64,000 nucleotides of DNA, from the NCBI RefSeq assembly GCF_018350175.1, contig NC_058368.1:124436001-124500000 (forward strand), given 5' to 3'. The notes beneath the pieces are model-generated. The model did not search any database. It was not told the origin of the DNA and worked only from the letters and a program-made list of their open reading frames with translations. The position numbers were made by a program, and so were the translations under genes. This document shows, in pieces, positions 13,785 through 25,365 of the stretch. Positions within the stretch are counted from its first letter, which is position 1; each line of letters starts with the position of its first letter. The stretch comes from Felis catus. Its lineage: Eukaryota.

Positions 13785-14015
13785 GTCAACGTTTCTGTAA
13801 TGTAGACACTGGTCTAAGCATTTTACACATAATTAAATCATTTGATTCTTGTAACAACCTTGTGAGGAAAGACTTTGCTACCTTCGTGTTACAAGGGAAG
13901 AAACAAAGACCCAGAGAGATTAAGGAAGTGGTTCAATGTCACATAATCATCGAGTGTACAATTAGGATTTGAACCTTGGGCAGGTTGGCTCCAGAGTCCA
14001 TGTTCTTAACTACCG
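13785..14015 (-). mobile_element. MIR
   Basis: aagcattttacacata..aacaaccttgtgagg..ggatttgaacc. Confidence 0.7.
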
Positions 14016-14164
14016 GGTTATGCGGCTTCAACTTGATTGTCAGACATAGAAAAAGGGTGTCATGTGGACTACTGGACAGTTCTTGGCCTCTGTCAGCATC
14101 CCCAGCAGCATCACCACCACCGTCATCACCAGCAACAACCGTAAATACTGTATATATACTCATG

Positions 14165-14573
14165 GCCTAATCCCTGAACTATGAATGTAACCTTGTTTGG
14201 AAAAAGGGTATTTGCAGATGGAATTAAATTATGGATCTTGAGATGAGTAAATCACCATGGATTAGGGGGTAGACTCTAAATTCAATAACAAGTAAGTATT
14301 CTTCTAAGAGAAAGGCAGAGGAAGATTTGAGACAGAAGAGAACACAGATAGGCGAAAGAGAGAACATAACCATGCAGGCAGAGATTGGAGTAAAGTGGCC
14401 TCAGGTCAAGAAATGGTGACAACCATTGGAATCTGGAAGAGGCAAACAATAGATTTCCCCTAGAGCCTCCCAGGGGAGGAGAGGTCCCGCTAGATTTCAG
14501 ACTTCTGGACTCCAGAGTTGTGAAAGAATATATTTTGTGGTAATTTATTACTTTAGCCTCAGGAAACTAATAC
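14165..14573 (+). mobile_element. MLT1 (ERVL-MaLR) solo LTR
   Basis: gaatgtaaccttgtttggaaaaagggtatttgcagatg..atttcagacttctgg..aggaaactaatac. Confidence 0.85.
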
Positions 14574-14659
14574 CTAGTGCTTTCCAGGTTTCAAGGTGCT
14601 TTAGTATATGTGATCTCATTTGATCCACATACCCCTGCACCTCATAATAGTTCACTTTG

Positions 14660-14822
14660 GGGATCCAGCTCCACCATAAAATGACTACTGGACCTTGTGC
14701 GAGTCATAAGTCTCTCTGGTCTCTATCCCTTTATTCGTAAAATGGGTCTAATAGCAATGCCTGCCCTGTGCCCTTCAGAAAGATGTCAGGAGGATCAAAG
14801 GTAAAGAATTCATGTGAAAAGT
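14660..14822 (+). mobile_element. MIR
   Basis: ccagctccacc..gtaaaatggg..aggatcaaa. Confidence 0.55.
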
Positions 14823-15859
14823 TGTCTTTGACCCGGAGCTATTTTTATGCAGGAAGTCTCCGGTGACAACTAATTCACTGCCTGGATAAGGATGTGGGCA
14901 CTGTGAACATACACCTGCTGGGGCATGGGCATGCTACTGCCACCTTCTCCAGGACCATTTGTTGTTTGAACCCAGTCTCTCCACTGGGAATCATTGGGAA
15001 ACTAGGACAGGGACAGAAATTTAACAAGGCAAAGCTCTGCTGTGGGTCCAGTGATTGCATGAGCTGAAGATTGGTGTCATAAGGCTGGCTTCTCAAGAAA
15101 CATCTGGTGTAAGAGCAGAAAAGCAGAGAGGCTTGTTGCCCAAAAGCCCTTGCTCTCTGCATGATCAGAAGCCAGGGACCACCCCAGAAGGTGTGAGTGG
15201 AAGTTCATTTTCCTGCTGACCTTTCATTCCTAAGCCTTTGGGTGATGATGGCTCTGAAAGGTGGTAATTAGTGCCAATCGAGGTGATGTTTTTGTGAAGC
15301 TGACACCTCTCCATTAGGAAATGGACTGAAGCCAGTGGACCAGCCACTCAAGCAGGGCACAAAAAGCTAAATAATCAATGCTTGGCCAAACCTTGCACAA
15401 TTAGTGTCTTCCTCCAACCATGCTCTAGTGCACAGTGGAAACTCTTGCAAGGATGGAAAATGGGAGCTACAGGGTTGAATGGCACCATAAGCCTTGGAAT
15501 AGAAATATAAACAATGACAAGGAAGAAGAAACACAATGGGAGAGAGAATAGGAATGGGGGCAGGGTAAGTCAGTGTGCTTACACGGGAACAGAATAAACC
15601 CAGGCGGAAGAGACTAGCATGTATTAAAGTCAAAGGCACTACTCTAAATTCAGTACAAAGCAATTTACTGATTTTTAATGAATTATGTCACTTGCATTCT
15701 GTCAAACTTCTTGCCTCCTGTTCTTCCATTCTTTATTCAGTCTCCACAGGTACCTAGAATTCTACTAAAACTTGGCTTCATTAAGGAACAAAAGCTTCAC
15801 TCCAGTTATTACAGTACCTTCTAACTTTCTCCTCTTTTTCTTTAGCCCTTTTTCTTTAG

Positions 15860-16540
15860 CCCATACCTTTGTCCACACTTAATTACAAGCGATATTTTAA
15901 AAGACAAATCTGAATGTGTAACTCTCATGCCCAAAACCATCACTGGCTCACTATTGCTATTTTACTTAAGACAAAATCTAAGGTCCTCAATACAACAAAT
16001 AACACTTTCTGGCTGCTGCTGACCTCCCCAAGGCCAACCTCATGCAGCTCCCCTTATCACTTTGTCCTGTCCTTTGCACCTTTCTTTGCTGGCTTGGAGG
16101 CCTTCAAACAAGTTACTTTATATGTACATATGGGAATATATCTGTATGTGTGTGTATATGTATGCATGTATTATGGAAACAGACAATCAAGTTTGATACG
16201 TATCTAACCAAGAAAGATATATATTCCCTTAGCCTGGGAAGCTCTTGCCTCTGCCCTGTGCCTGACCAATTCCTACTTCCTATCCCTCTGACACACAGTA
16301 AGGTCTTCCCAAGCCCCTGCTCCTCACTTTTGATCATGTTCTCTTTATTACTCACTCTAACACTGCTCTTTCTCTTTTTCCTTGATAGCACTTACCACAA
16401 CTGTTATATATACATGAAATATAAGTGTATATTAATATATTAACATACATATAAGTGTTGTTTGCCTTTTGGCTCTCCTACTAAGTTGTTTGCTCAAAGA
16501 GGTAGGGACATATATGCTCTGTTTCCTGCAATAAAGCCAC
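15860..16540 (+). mobile_element. Degraded LINE-2
   Basis: aaaagacaaatctgaatgtgtaactc..acttaagacaaaatctaaggtcct..tagcacttaccac. Confidence 0.55.
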
Positions 16541-16552
16541 ATACTTTACCCC

Positions 16553-16670
16553 AACTCCAGATATTCTGATATTCAGTTAGTCAGGAATTAGGGTGGGGGC
16601 AGGGTTGGGGCATTGGCAGTTTTTCAAAGTTCTTCAGGTGATTCTAGTGTGCAGCTGGGTTGGGGACTGT
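16553..16670. mobile_element. MER5A-like fragment
   Basis: caggtgattctagtgtgcagctgggttgggga end motif. Confidence 0.55.
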
Positions 16671-16940
16671 TTATCCATCCTTTCAATAAGGAAGGAACGA
16701 AGGCCCAGAGAGGTCATTGACTTATTCAAAGTCTTCAAGCAGCTATTAGCAGTGGAAATGAGGACTCAGTGGAGCCTTGCCTTTTTATACACTATAATGT
16801 TCCTTCACTTAACTTGGAGAAGCTTTGTGAAAAGGATAGAGAAAGATTCCTTTCAATTTTTTTGCATTCTTGCAAAATAATTAACTCGTACCTGTTTGCA
16901 TAGGATTTCTCTGGTTTTAGTGCTATAAGAAGGGGGAAAT

Positions 16941-17150
16941 GGAGGCACCTGCATGGCTCCATCAGTTGAGTGTCTGACTTTGGCTCAGGTCCTGATTTCA
17001 TGGTTTGTGGGTTCAAGCCCCGAATAACTGGGCTCTCTGCTGTCAGCCCACAGCCTGCTTCGGATCCTCTGTCTCCCTCTCTCTTTCTGCCCCTTCCCTG
17101 CTCTTTCTCAAAAACAAACAAACAAACAAACAAACAAACAAACATTAAAA
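16941..17150 (+). mobile_element. Can-SINE with (AAAC)n tail
   Basis: Perfect TSD AAGAAGGGGGAAAT at 16927-16940 and 17151-17164. Confidence 0.95.
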
Positions 17151-17315
17151 AAGAAGGGGGAAATAATGCTTCTTACATAATTGTGAAGGTTAAATAAGCT
17201 AATATTTGTAAAGCCCCGAGCACAAAGCCTGAGGAGTTCTAAGAGATCAGTTACTATTAGCTTTTAAAATGTTACAAGAGTCTTTGGAAACGAGGTAGAA
17301 ACACTCTTCCTTCTT

Positions 17316-17380
17316 GCCTTCCTGCCTTCCTGCCTTCCTGCCTTCCTTTCTTTCTTCCTTCTTTGCTTTGTTCTTTTTTC
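17316..17380. repeat. (GCCTTCCT)n / polypyrimidine tract
   Basis: About four GCCTTCCT units followed by a CTT-rich tract. Confidence 0.85.
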
Positions 17381-18534
17381 TTAATACAGGTGTAAATATA
17401 CAATGGAGATGTCTCAGGAGGTGTAAAAATTGCTAGAGCAATAAAATACCTCTTTTTTTAAACCAGAACTCATTACTGTCTGTCAACTTTAAATGCCACC
17501 CACACATCCCTAGGTAGTATAATTTCTCCCCACCAAGTGAAAGCATTTCAAGGTGCTCAATCATTAAACAGCTACTTAAAACAACTCTCTTTCAGGGTTT
17601 CTCTTTCCCTTGGGCATCCATGCTTGTTACTTTGTCAAAGTGTCTATTTCCTGGAATCAGGCTTCAGCAGACTGCCTGGATGTTGCTTTACCAGACTAAT
17701 TGTTTTTGTAAGGCAGCACTGGAGTCCTCGGGATACCAACTGAATTTAATCCATGTGGTAGCTCTGGGAATCAGGAAATGATAACTATGTGGAACTTACT
17801 CTCCTAGCATTTGCTTATTAATTTGTTTGTTGTTTATTTTCCACATAGGCCAAACAAAAGATGGATTTGGGGACAACTCCATCATGGTAACTGGGGTGTT
17901 CATTTAGTCTTATTTCACTAGTCCTGGCTATCTTTGTGTCTTTAGCAAATTCACATTAGAAATGACAGTTCATTTGTGAGTCCATGAACTAAGCAGAAAT
18001 GCAGCAAATCAGAGAATTTTTGAGAATGGGGCTTTGAGGATTACCTCATCCAACCCCCTTGAGAATATTGCTCATTTAATATTTTGTTAATGCAACATTT
18101 TGCAATCTATCAGGAAATTCACTAGTATCATTGCCCATCAAATAGTGACAAGAGGACTTGGGGAAGCTGCAGATTTTGATATGGTAGGGAAGTGGGTAGG
18201 TGAGGGGAGAATAAATTTTGTGTGGGCACAGACCAGGGAGCAAATCAGCAAGGAAGCGACGCTCTAGGATGATTGGCAATCAAGAAAACATTAAATCTAC
18301 AAAGTGAAAACCCATCTTTTGTGAAAGAAAGCAGATCAGCAGTTGCCTGTGGCTGCACAACCACCACTGAACTAGTTCCTCAAATGAGTGACTTGGCATC
18401 ACCCTTGAACGCTGACCAATCAACTCAGTCACAGGTCCTACAGATGCTACCCTTTAGATGTTGTTCATAATCAACCTTTTCTCACTATCCTCATGGTTAC
18501 TCTCTTGGGTCAAAACTTCAAAAATGTTACCTAT

Positions 18535-18555
18535 TTTTTTTTTTTTTTTTTTTTT
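18535..18555. repeat. poly(T) run
   Basis: About 21 T. Confidence 0.9.
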
Positions 18556-19032
18556 AGGTTTTGAGTTGGGGATGGAGGTGTGGAAAGAGCTAGACTTTCA
18601 CGGCCATTCTCAAGATTTTTGTTGACTTGAACCTGAGTATGATGTGAGATTAAATGATTTTAAAAGGATGTTTTCCCCAGAGTCCTAGAAAGATGCTCAA
18701 GAGAACATAATTGAATGTATGGAGTATAAATTAGAACAGCCAGGAAATAAGGTAAGGAGACCAGTTGGAGGGTCCTAAAAACAGGTAAGATGTTTGAAGA
18801 TTTGACCTAAGTCAGTGACCATGAGGATAGCAAGAAAAGTGTGATTAAATTAAAGAAAATATAAATAAATGTGTACAAGGCTGGGCCCTGTGCTTGGCAT
18901 ACTACTGGATTCAGGAGAGGACTCTGAGAGTGCTGAATAAAGTAGCAAGCCATTTCTGATAGAAATTCTACACAAGGAAATCCCTTAGCCTAGAACATGC
19001 AAAGACAGACAAAAAAGATGTGGAAATCTGCG

Positions 19033-19053
19033 CACACACACACACACACACAC
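19033..19053. repeat. (CA)10 microsatellite
   Basis: Direct reading. Confidence 0.9.
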
Positions 19054-19919
19054 GACTGTATCAGCATTTCATCACTCTCATGAGTAAGTGCTACTTTCTT
19101 GACTCTTTTATCCCTTGTAAATGATCCTGCTCATAATGTTTATAATAAGGCGCAGCAGTAATAAAAATGATGAAAGATAAATGGATGTATTTAAAAAGTA
19201 GCTGTGCAAAAGATTGTTTATGTTGCATGGCAGACCATTTTTCATACTAAAAGTGGCTAAATTTCTCTGCATAAATCATGATCATGTTCAGTGCTTTTTC
19301 CTGTAAAGACTTAACTGAAAATGCATTGTCTTCTCTAAACGCTTCCAGGTTTAACCTCTAGTCTTTGTATATTGGACACTGGTTAGCAACAAATGGCTTA
19401 TTGTTGGTTTTATCTGAAGGTGAACCACTTCTCTCTGGGGGAATGCTAATTCATGAGAAGCCCACAGAGCTCTTTTTTTTTTTTTAATAAAAAACCATTA
19501 GTATTCATTTTTGGCCTTGACATAAAACAGAGAACAGAGGATTTGGGATCCAAAAGACCAGAAGTGAAGACCCTTAAGAGAGATTCTGTTTCTTCCTATT
19601 GTTATGGAACAAAAAGGGTGTCAGGACTGGCCTTCATTGCTCTTTTCTAGGCCTTCCTTTCTCAGTAATTCTTCCCAGTAAGAAAGAATTACTGTTTGTT
19701 TCCATACCATCAATCTCTCCATCTCTCCACACCCCCAACTCTCCCCAGCTGACTACTGAAATCTAAAGATGTTTATCAGATATTTCTCTTGCTTGTATTA
19801 AGGGTTTTGGCGGATGAAGTCAGAACAAACTTGTCATATACATAAACTTTATACAATCATCATCACCAACACCGATTTCAACATCTTCATAAATAAGAAC
19901 ATTATTATAGTGTCTATTT

Positions 19920-20165
19920 CATATTGATCATTTACTACATTCCTGGAACTGTGCAAGAATTTTTCATACATTATTATCTCATTCAATACTCACCACAACT
20001 TCATGCAGTACGTAGTAATATTGTTTTCATTTCATGTATGAGGAAGTTGGAACTTGGAAGTTTAAATGACTTGACCAACGTCTCAGAGGGTGAAAGTAGC
20101 AGAGCCAGGACTGAAACCAGGGCTCTCTGATTGCAAACCCCATCATCTTTACCACTGTACCATAC
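19920..20165 (-). mobile_element. MIR
   Basis: attatctcattcaatactcaccacaac..atgaggaagttg..agagccaggactgaaaccagg. Confidence 0.75.
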
Positions 20166-20877
20166 ATATGCACATAAGACAAGTACTCTTCATTGTTTAT
20201 GGCTTTTTACTTTAGGAATTTTTTGTGGCAACACCTTAATCCCAGGCCTAATTTCATGGCCACCTAGAGGCATATACATATCCTACCAACTCATCTTAAG
20301 GCTGTTCTGAGCAGAATATAATTACAATGGTAAATCTTTTTTTTTTCTTTTTAAAGTGGCCATTCAAAATAAAACATGTAGCAGTTCTTACCCTCACTAA
20401 GTGTGATTTGTGGAGAGCTGATTCTTTGTAATCTTAATTCTATATTTTCTGTTCCTGAGTTGCTTTTCTAAAAAGCCTTTATTTGGAAGCATTAAATCAA
20501 AGAGGGAAACTTAATGTGAATTTAAGAGCAGATTAGTTTATATTGATTTTTAGTTTTATTCCAGTTCTGTATTTGAATATCACTTAGTAAGCAAAACAGT
20601 AGCAATCTTCTTGACTATAAGGAATAAATTATAAATTCCCATATTCCCTAAAATAGACTTTACAGAAATAAACTTCACTGATATGAAGTTAATTTGAATC
20701 CATTTACAAAAAATTCATCAAGTATGCATATATTTAACAAGAATGTACAATACTTGTACACTGAAAGCAACAAAACATTGCTGAATTAAAATAGCAGAAT
20801 TCACTGGGAGAGATATACTATGCTTATGGACTGGAAAATGTAACATTGTTCAATGTCAATTGATCTATAACAGAGAA

Positions 20878-21669
20878 TAAAGAGGTTCAGAGCATGCCAC
20901 TCCAAAATATGCCACTTTGGAATAAGGATTATTTTGAGCTGAAGGCAGTTAAGGAAAAGCAGCCACATGGGTCATGATCTCATGGTTCATGGGTTGGAGC
21001 CCTACATCAGGCTCTTTGTTGTCAGGGCAGAGCCTGCTTGGGATCATCTGTCCCCCTCTTCTCTCTGCCCCTGCCCCACTTGGGCTTCCCTTTCTCTCTC
21101 TCAAAAATAAATAAACATTAAAAAAAAACCCAAAATCTTTATGTAATACAAAAATAAAGAAATAAAAAAAGAAAAGAAAAGAAAAGAAAAAGCCACAGGA
21201 CAAGCTCTCTGCCCTCCCCCTATCTGTATGAAACCAAAACACAAACTCCTACTGTTGAATTGTCCTCCTCCTATTTCCTTACCAGGAAGGGAGGCCTACC
21301 TTATCCTTTGAGGTGAGATGGCACTGCCAGTCTATAACAAACAAAACGCACTAACTAGACCTCATCATCCATTAGCTTCTCTATATATTTACCATCCCAC
21401 AGTTTGTGACCCCTAAAAGCCTAAACCCCTTTTCCTTTATTGTCACTTCTCTACAAATTTATCTTCCTTTGTTAAAATGCTATCTAAAATCCACGTTCTA
21501 ACCACTCCTTCCATTTATTCAACACTGAGTTTTTCCTATATGTATATGCACCACTCATGTTAATAAGCTTGGCTGTTTTTCTGTTGTTAATCTATCTTTT
21601 GTCAGTTTACTTTTCAGTGCCACAGATACAGAATCCAGGAGAGTAGAAGGAAGTTTTTCCTCCACTATA
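20878..21669 (+). mobile_element. Solo ERV1 LTR, MER34/MER39-like
   Basis: Starts ggttcagagcatgccactccaaaatatgccactttgg..ttttgagctgaaggca and ends gtagaaggaagtttttcctccactata. Contains a SINE. Confidence 0.8.
20968..21185 (+). mobile_element. 5'-truncated Can-SINE inside the LTR
   Basis: Begins at ggtcatgatctc, has a long A-rich tail, and both flanks end in AGCCACA. Confidence 0.92.
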
Positions 21670-22095
21670 GGGTCAAAAAACTATGGCTCATGGGCCAAAC
21701 TATGGTTCATGGGCCAAAGCTGCCTGCTTTTGTAAGTAAAGTTTTATTGGAACATGGCCATACCTATTTTCATTTATCTATTGCATGGGTCTTTGTGCCA
21801 CCCCCACCAATCTAAAATACAGTAAAACCTTGGATTGCAAATAACTCGTTATGCAAGTGTTCCACATGACAAGCATACATTTCTAATAAATTTTAACTTG
21901 ATAAATGAATGATGTCTTGCAATATGAGTTGTACATGAGGCCGAATGTCACATGATTACAACTGAGCCACTGGTTCTTGAAATTCACTTTGGTATACAAG
22001 TGCTTTGGATTATAAGCATGTTTCCAGAATGAATTATGCTCGCAAACCAAGGTTTTACCATCTGACCCCTTAGAGAAAAAGTTTGCCCACTCCTG
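21670..22095 (+). mobile_element. MER58A-like hAT-Charlie MITE (interrupted)
   Basis: gggtcaaaaaactatggc..gtaaagttttattggaaca..agaaaaagtttgcccactcctg. The first bases probably lie at ~20871, left of the LTR. Confidence 0.8.
21820..22058. mobile_element. Tc1/mariner (Tigger-like) MITE
   Basis: TIRs CAGTAAAACCTTGGATTGC (21820-21838) and GCAAACCAAGGTTTTAC (22042-22058). Preceded by TA at 21818-21819. Confidence 0.85.
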
Positions 22096-22792
22096 AGCTA
22101 CAGATGTAGCATAATCTCAGCTAAAATCCAACAGACATTTTTGGCATGTAAAAACTGACAAGCTAACTCTAAAATTTGCATGGATATTCAAAAGACCTAA
22201 GTTAAAAATCTTGAAAAGTGACAATGTTGGAGGGCTGATAGCACCTGATTTTAAAGTTAATTTGTACTGCTTAGGGCTCTGCCACCCAGTTGGCATTTTT
22301 CCTAAATGCCAACCTCTTCCTTCCTTCTTGAACCTCTTCCTTCTTGATCCTGACTTTTAAGGAAGTCACTGCTTGGGAGGAACCATTTCTTTGATGGGTT
22401 TGTATAGGGAAAGGAGACAGATTTTCATTCCATAGCTTTTATTCAGTTCTGATGAATAAACGAACTCGATGCCTTCCTTCCAAGGTTGGTACATATGAGT
22501 GCCACTCCAAGGGGAAAGACTTTCATGGAAGGATTTCTGCATCAAGCAGTCCCTGACTTGAGTGTCTCCCACTCCCTGGGATTCTTCCACCTTGGCCACT
22601 TCTGCTATAACCACTTATGATTCCACTGTTTCTCTTATCCTTCTTGAGTTCAAGTGTGCGGAAAATCAAAATCCTCTTCTTTTTCTTGTTCCTTTTACCT
22701 CTTGCATCATCTAGTATCCTCTACCTCTTAACCTCAAAACAAGCCAGTTAACTGATGAACCTTCTTATTTTTAATTGGCAAAAGACTTCTAA

Positions 22793-23012
22793 CATATTTT
22801 GTTTAATGTTCATTTATTTTTGAGCAACAGAGAGAGAGAGTGAAAGTGGGGGAGGGACAGAGAGAGGGAGACACAGAATCTAAAACAGGCTCCAGGCTTC
22901 AGGCTCTGGGCTGCCAGCACAGAGCCCGATGCAGGGCTTGAACTCATGAACTGTGAAATCATGACCTGAGCCAAAGTCGGATGCTTAACTGACTGAGCCA
23001 CCCAGGCACCCC
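22793..23012 (-). mobile_element. Can-SINE
   Basis: 21-bp perfect flanking repeat TAATTGGCAAAAGACTTCTAA at 22772-22792 and 23013-23033. Confidence 0.96.
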
Positions 23013-23201
23013 TAATTGGCAAAAGACTTCTAAAGGCTATGAAAACCAAAAGCAGAATAATCAAGGAAATAATGAAATCCACAAGTGTCTAACTTATAGA
23101 GTTTGGCTTATCGATCTAATAGTACCAAAATTATGTATAAGATATTCAATTTCTGTTTGGTCCCATGCTTTGTCTCTGGATCTTTGTCATCCTTGGGTCA
23201 C

Positions 23202-23311
23202 TTCTGACAGGTGTGAGGTGATACCTCACTGTGGTTTTGATTTGCATTTCCCTGATGATTAGTTATGGCAAGCATCTTTTCATGTGTCTGCTGTCCATCT
23301 GTGTATCTTCT
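23202..23311 (-). mobile_element. Isolated internal L1 ORF2 fragment
   Basis: ttctgacaggtgtgaggtgatacctcactgtggttttgatttgcatttccctgatg is antisense to 10560-10630 and 51200-51270. Confidence 0.88.
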
Positions 23312-24424
23312 GTGTCCATCTTTTCTTGTTTTTCCCTCTCTCCAAAGAAAGAAAGCAAAGCCCTTCATATACTTAGAAACTGTGGCTTAAGTTTACTTTC
23401 TCCAGGTAGATCTTGTTATCATTCTCTTAACCAGATTTGTGGTTCTTCTCTAAATTTTCACCAAGTACTGCATTTTCTTCTGCACTATGAACTACAGCTG
23501 CAAGTGATAGTCTACCAAAGGTCTGACTTACGGTGATTGTAAGAAGATTATTACTGTTCTATGCTACTCTCTTAATATCGTGTTTGGTGCCCAATCTAGT
23601 CACAAGACTATATCACCACTTTACTTATTTCATTTAAATATGTATGTGCTTACCCAGTTTACTAATTCACTTGAAAATGTCTATCATTATTACAAAGGCC
23701 ACTTTGCTATTTTTTTTTCCTATGTTCCAATGAACTTGTTCACTGCTGGGAATGGAATTCTTCATTCTGAGAATGAAGCAGAGGGGTCATAAAACTACAT
23801 TCTGCATATTTTCCCTATTTTCTATGTGTGCATTCCTTACTGATTTAGAAATTATTCAAGTTTTCAAAAGAAGAAATGATTTTAAATAGGAATAGTTAAA
23901 ACATTCTAATGCATTAGTACTTCTCTCTGGGGTGAATGTTAAAAATAGGAGTTATGTAGGTGGATACAGAAAAACTAAAAGTAGGAGGAAGAGGGAGGAA
24001 GCACTCTAATTTCTACTCAACACACAACTATTCAGGCTATTCAAGAAGTGATGGGATTTTAGGTCAGCCAAATTTGTGAAAGATAACCTGAAGGAGAAAA
24101 GGACTTGAGGATATGGTTATGGAATGTAGTCCTCTCTAACTCACCCCTGTCTTTCCCTTTAGATCATTTTATACAGAAAGAAGGCTTATTATCTCTAGCA
24201 GTAAAGCTTCTTCATGAACACAGTTTAGTTATGGAAACATACTCCCATTTGTGATCTCACAAAAACAAAGTGGACTTAAAATATTAGCATTATTTCTTCA
24301 TGTACTACTTCAGTATGTAGCATGAAAAATAGTTTCATTATTTTTGAGGTTTCAGGGCTTAAAGATCAAATTGGGTTAACGAACCTCCCTTATTGACGTG
24401 CAATGGAGAAATTCTTAAACTATA

Positions 24425-24811
24425 TGATCAAGATCAGCTAAATGTTGTAAAAACCCCAATATCTCAAGGGCTTTTAAAAAGGTTTATTTCTTGCTTTCAC
24501 AGTATAATGCAAGTCTCTTGGAGGTGGAGGAGCAGTGAGGGAGGGTCTCCTCCAAGAGGGCATTTGGGCTTCTCACATGTGGAGGTTATGCCATCTTCCA
24601 GGACCATGAGGCCCTTCTGGATTCTCTGCATTGGCTGGCAGAGAAGAGAGGAGAGGGAGGGAGTGGAGGGTAGAGCCTGGTAGTGATGGCCATTGCTTCC
24701 ACCCACATTCTTTTGGGCTAACTGTAAGGGAGACTGAGAAATATAATTTAGCTGTGTGCTCAGAAAGAAGAGGAAATAAGTTTGGTGATCATCCAGCTAG
24801 TGGCTGCCATA
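24425..24811 (-). mobile_element. Old MLT1 (J/K-like) LTR
   Basis: aggtttatttcttgct..ggagactgagaaatataatttagctgtgtg..gctagtggctgccata. Confidence 0.65.
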
Positions 24812-24841
24812 TAATTTAAATTAAAGATCACACATTAGCAT

Positions 24842-25365
24842 CAGGGAAGCTTAATGTTGCCCCCAGGTGGGGTTCCTTTGGGCTTGCAGTGAATGCTTTA
24901 AAAATTCAAATTACTTTAGGGGCACCTGAGTGGCTCAGTTTGTTAGATGTGTGACGTCAGCTCAGGTCATGATCTCACAGTCTGTGAGTTTGAGCCTAGC
25001 GTCAGACTCTGTGCTGACAGCTCAGAGCCTGGAGCCTGCTTCATATTCTGTGTCTCCCTCTCTCTCTGCTCCCCCTCTCCCTCACTCTCTGTCTCTTAAA
25101 AATAAATAAAATTCAAATTACTTTAAAAATTTGAATATGAGCAGAGTTCACATTAAAAAAAAAACTATTATTTTTGGGTTCTCTCCAAAACTCGGAAGAT
25201 CTAACAGATCTTTTGGACTTGCTTTTCCACTTGATATTAAATGGCTGGAATGAAGTAGCAGCTATCCCCTTATCCAGAGGCCAGCTCTCCAGTTAACCCT
25301 TGAACCTGCTTCACTCACTGTGACCTGCCTGGCCTCTGAAGGAGCTTACACTTGCATTCTCGGGT
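24842..25365. mobile_element. MER102-like hAT-Charlie element, interrupted by a SINE
   Basis: ggaagatct..aatggctggaatgaagtagcagct..cctgcctggcctctgaagg resembles MER102. Confidence 0.5.
24919..25107 (+). mobile_element. Can-SINE
   Basis: TSD AAAATTCAAATTACTTTA at 24901-24918 and 25108-25125. Confidence 0.96.

Larger units (their letters stand above)
20725..22262 (+). mobile_element. Old L1 ORF2 fragment split by nested insertions (pieces ~20725-20870 and ~22096-22262)
   Basis: The left piece (gatatactatgcttatggactggaaaa..tgatctata) continues on the right as ctgacaagctaactctaaaatttgcatgga..gttggaggg. Confidence 0.75.

Noticed and set aside
18520..18560. Poly(T)+AG as a splice acceptor
   Set aside because: No recognisable downstream exon or reading frame; a simple homopolymer explains it.
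19663..19694. 11-bp inverted repeat CAGTAATTCTT/AAGAATTACTG
   Set aside because: Isolated and AT-rich, with no TSD or family resemblance.
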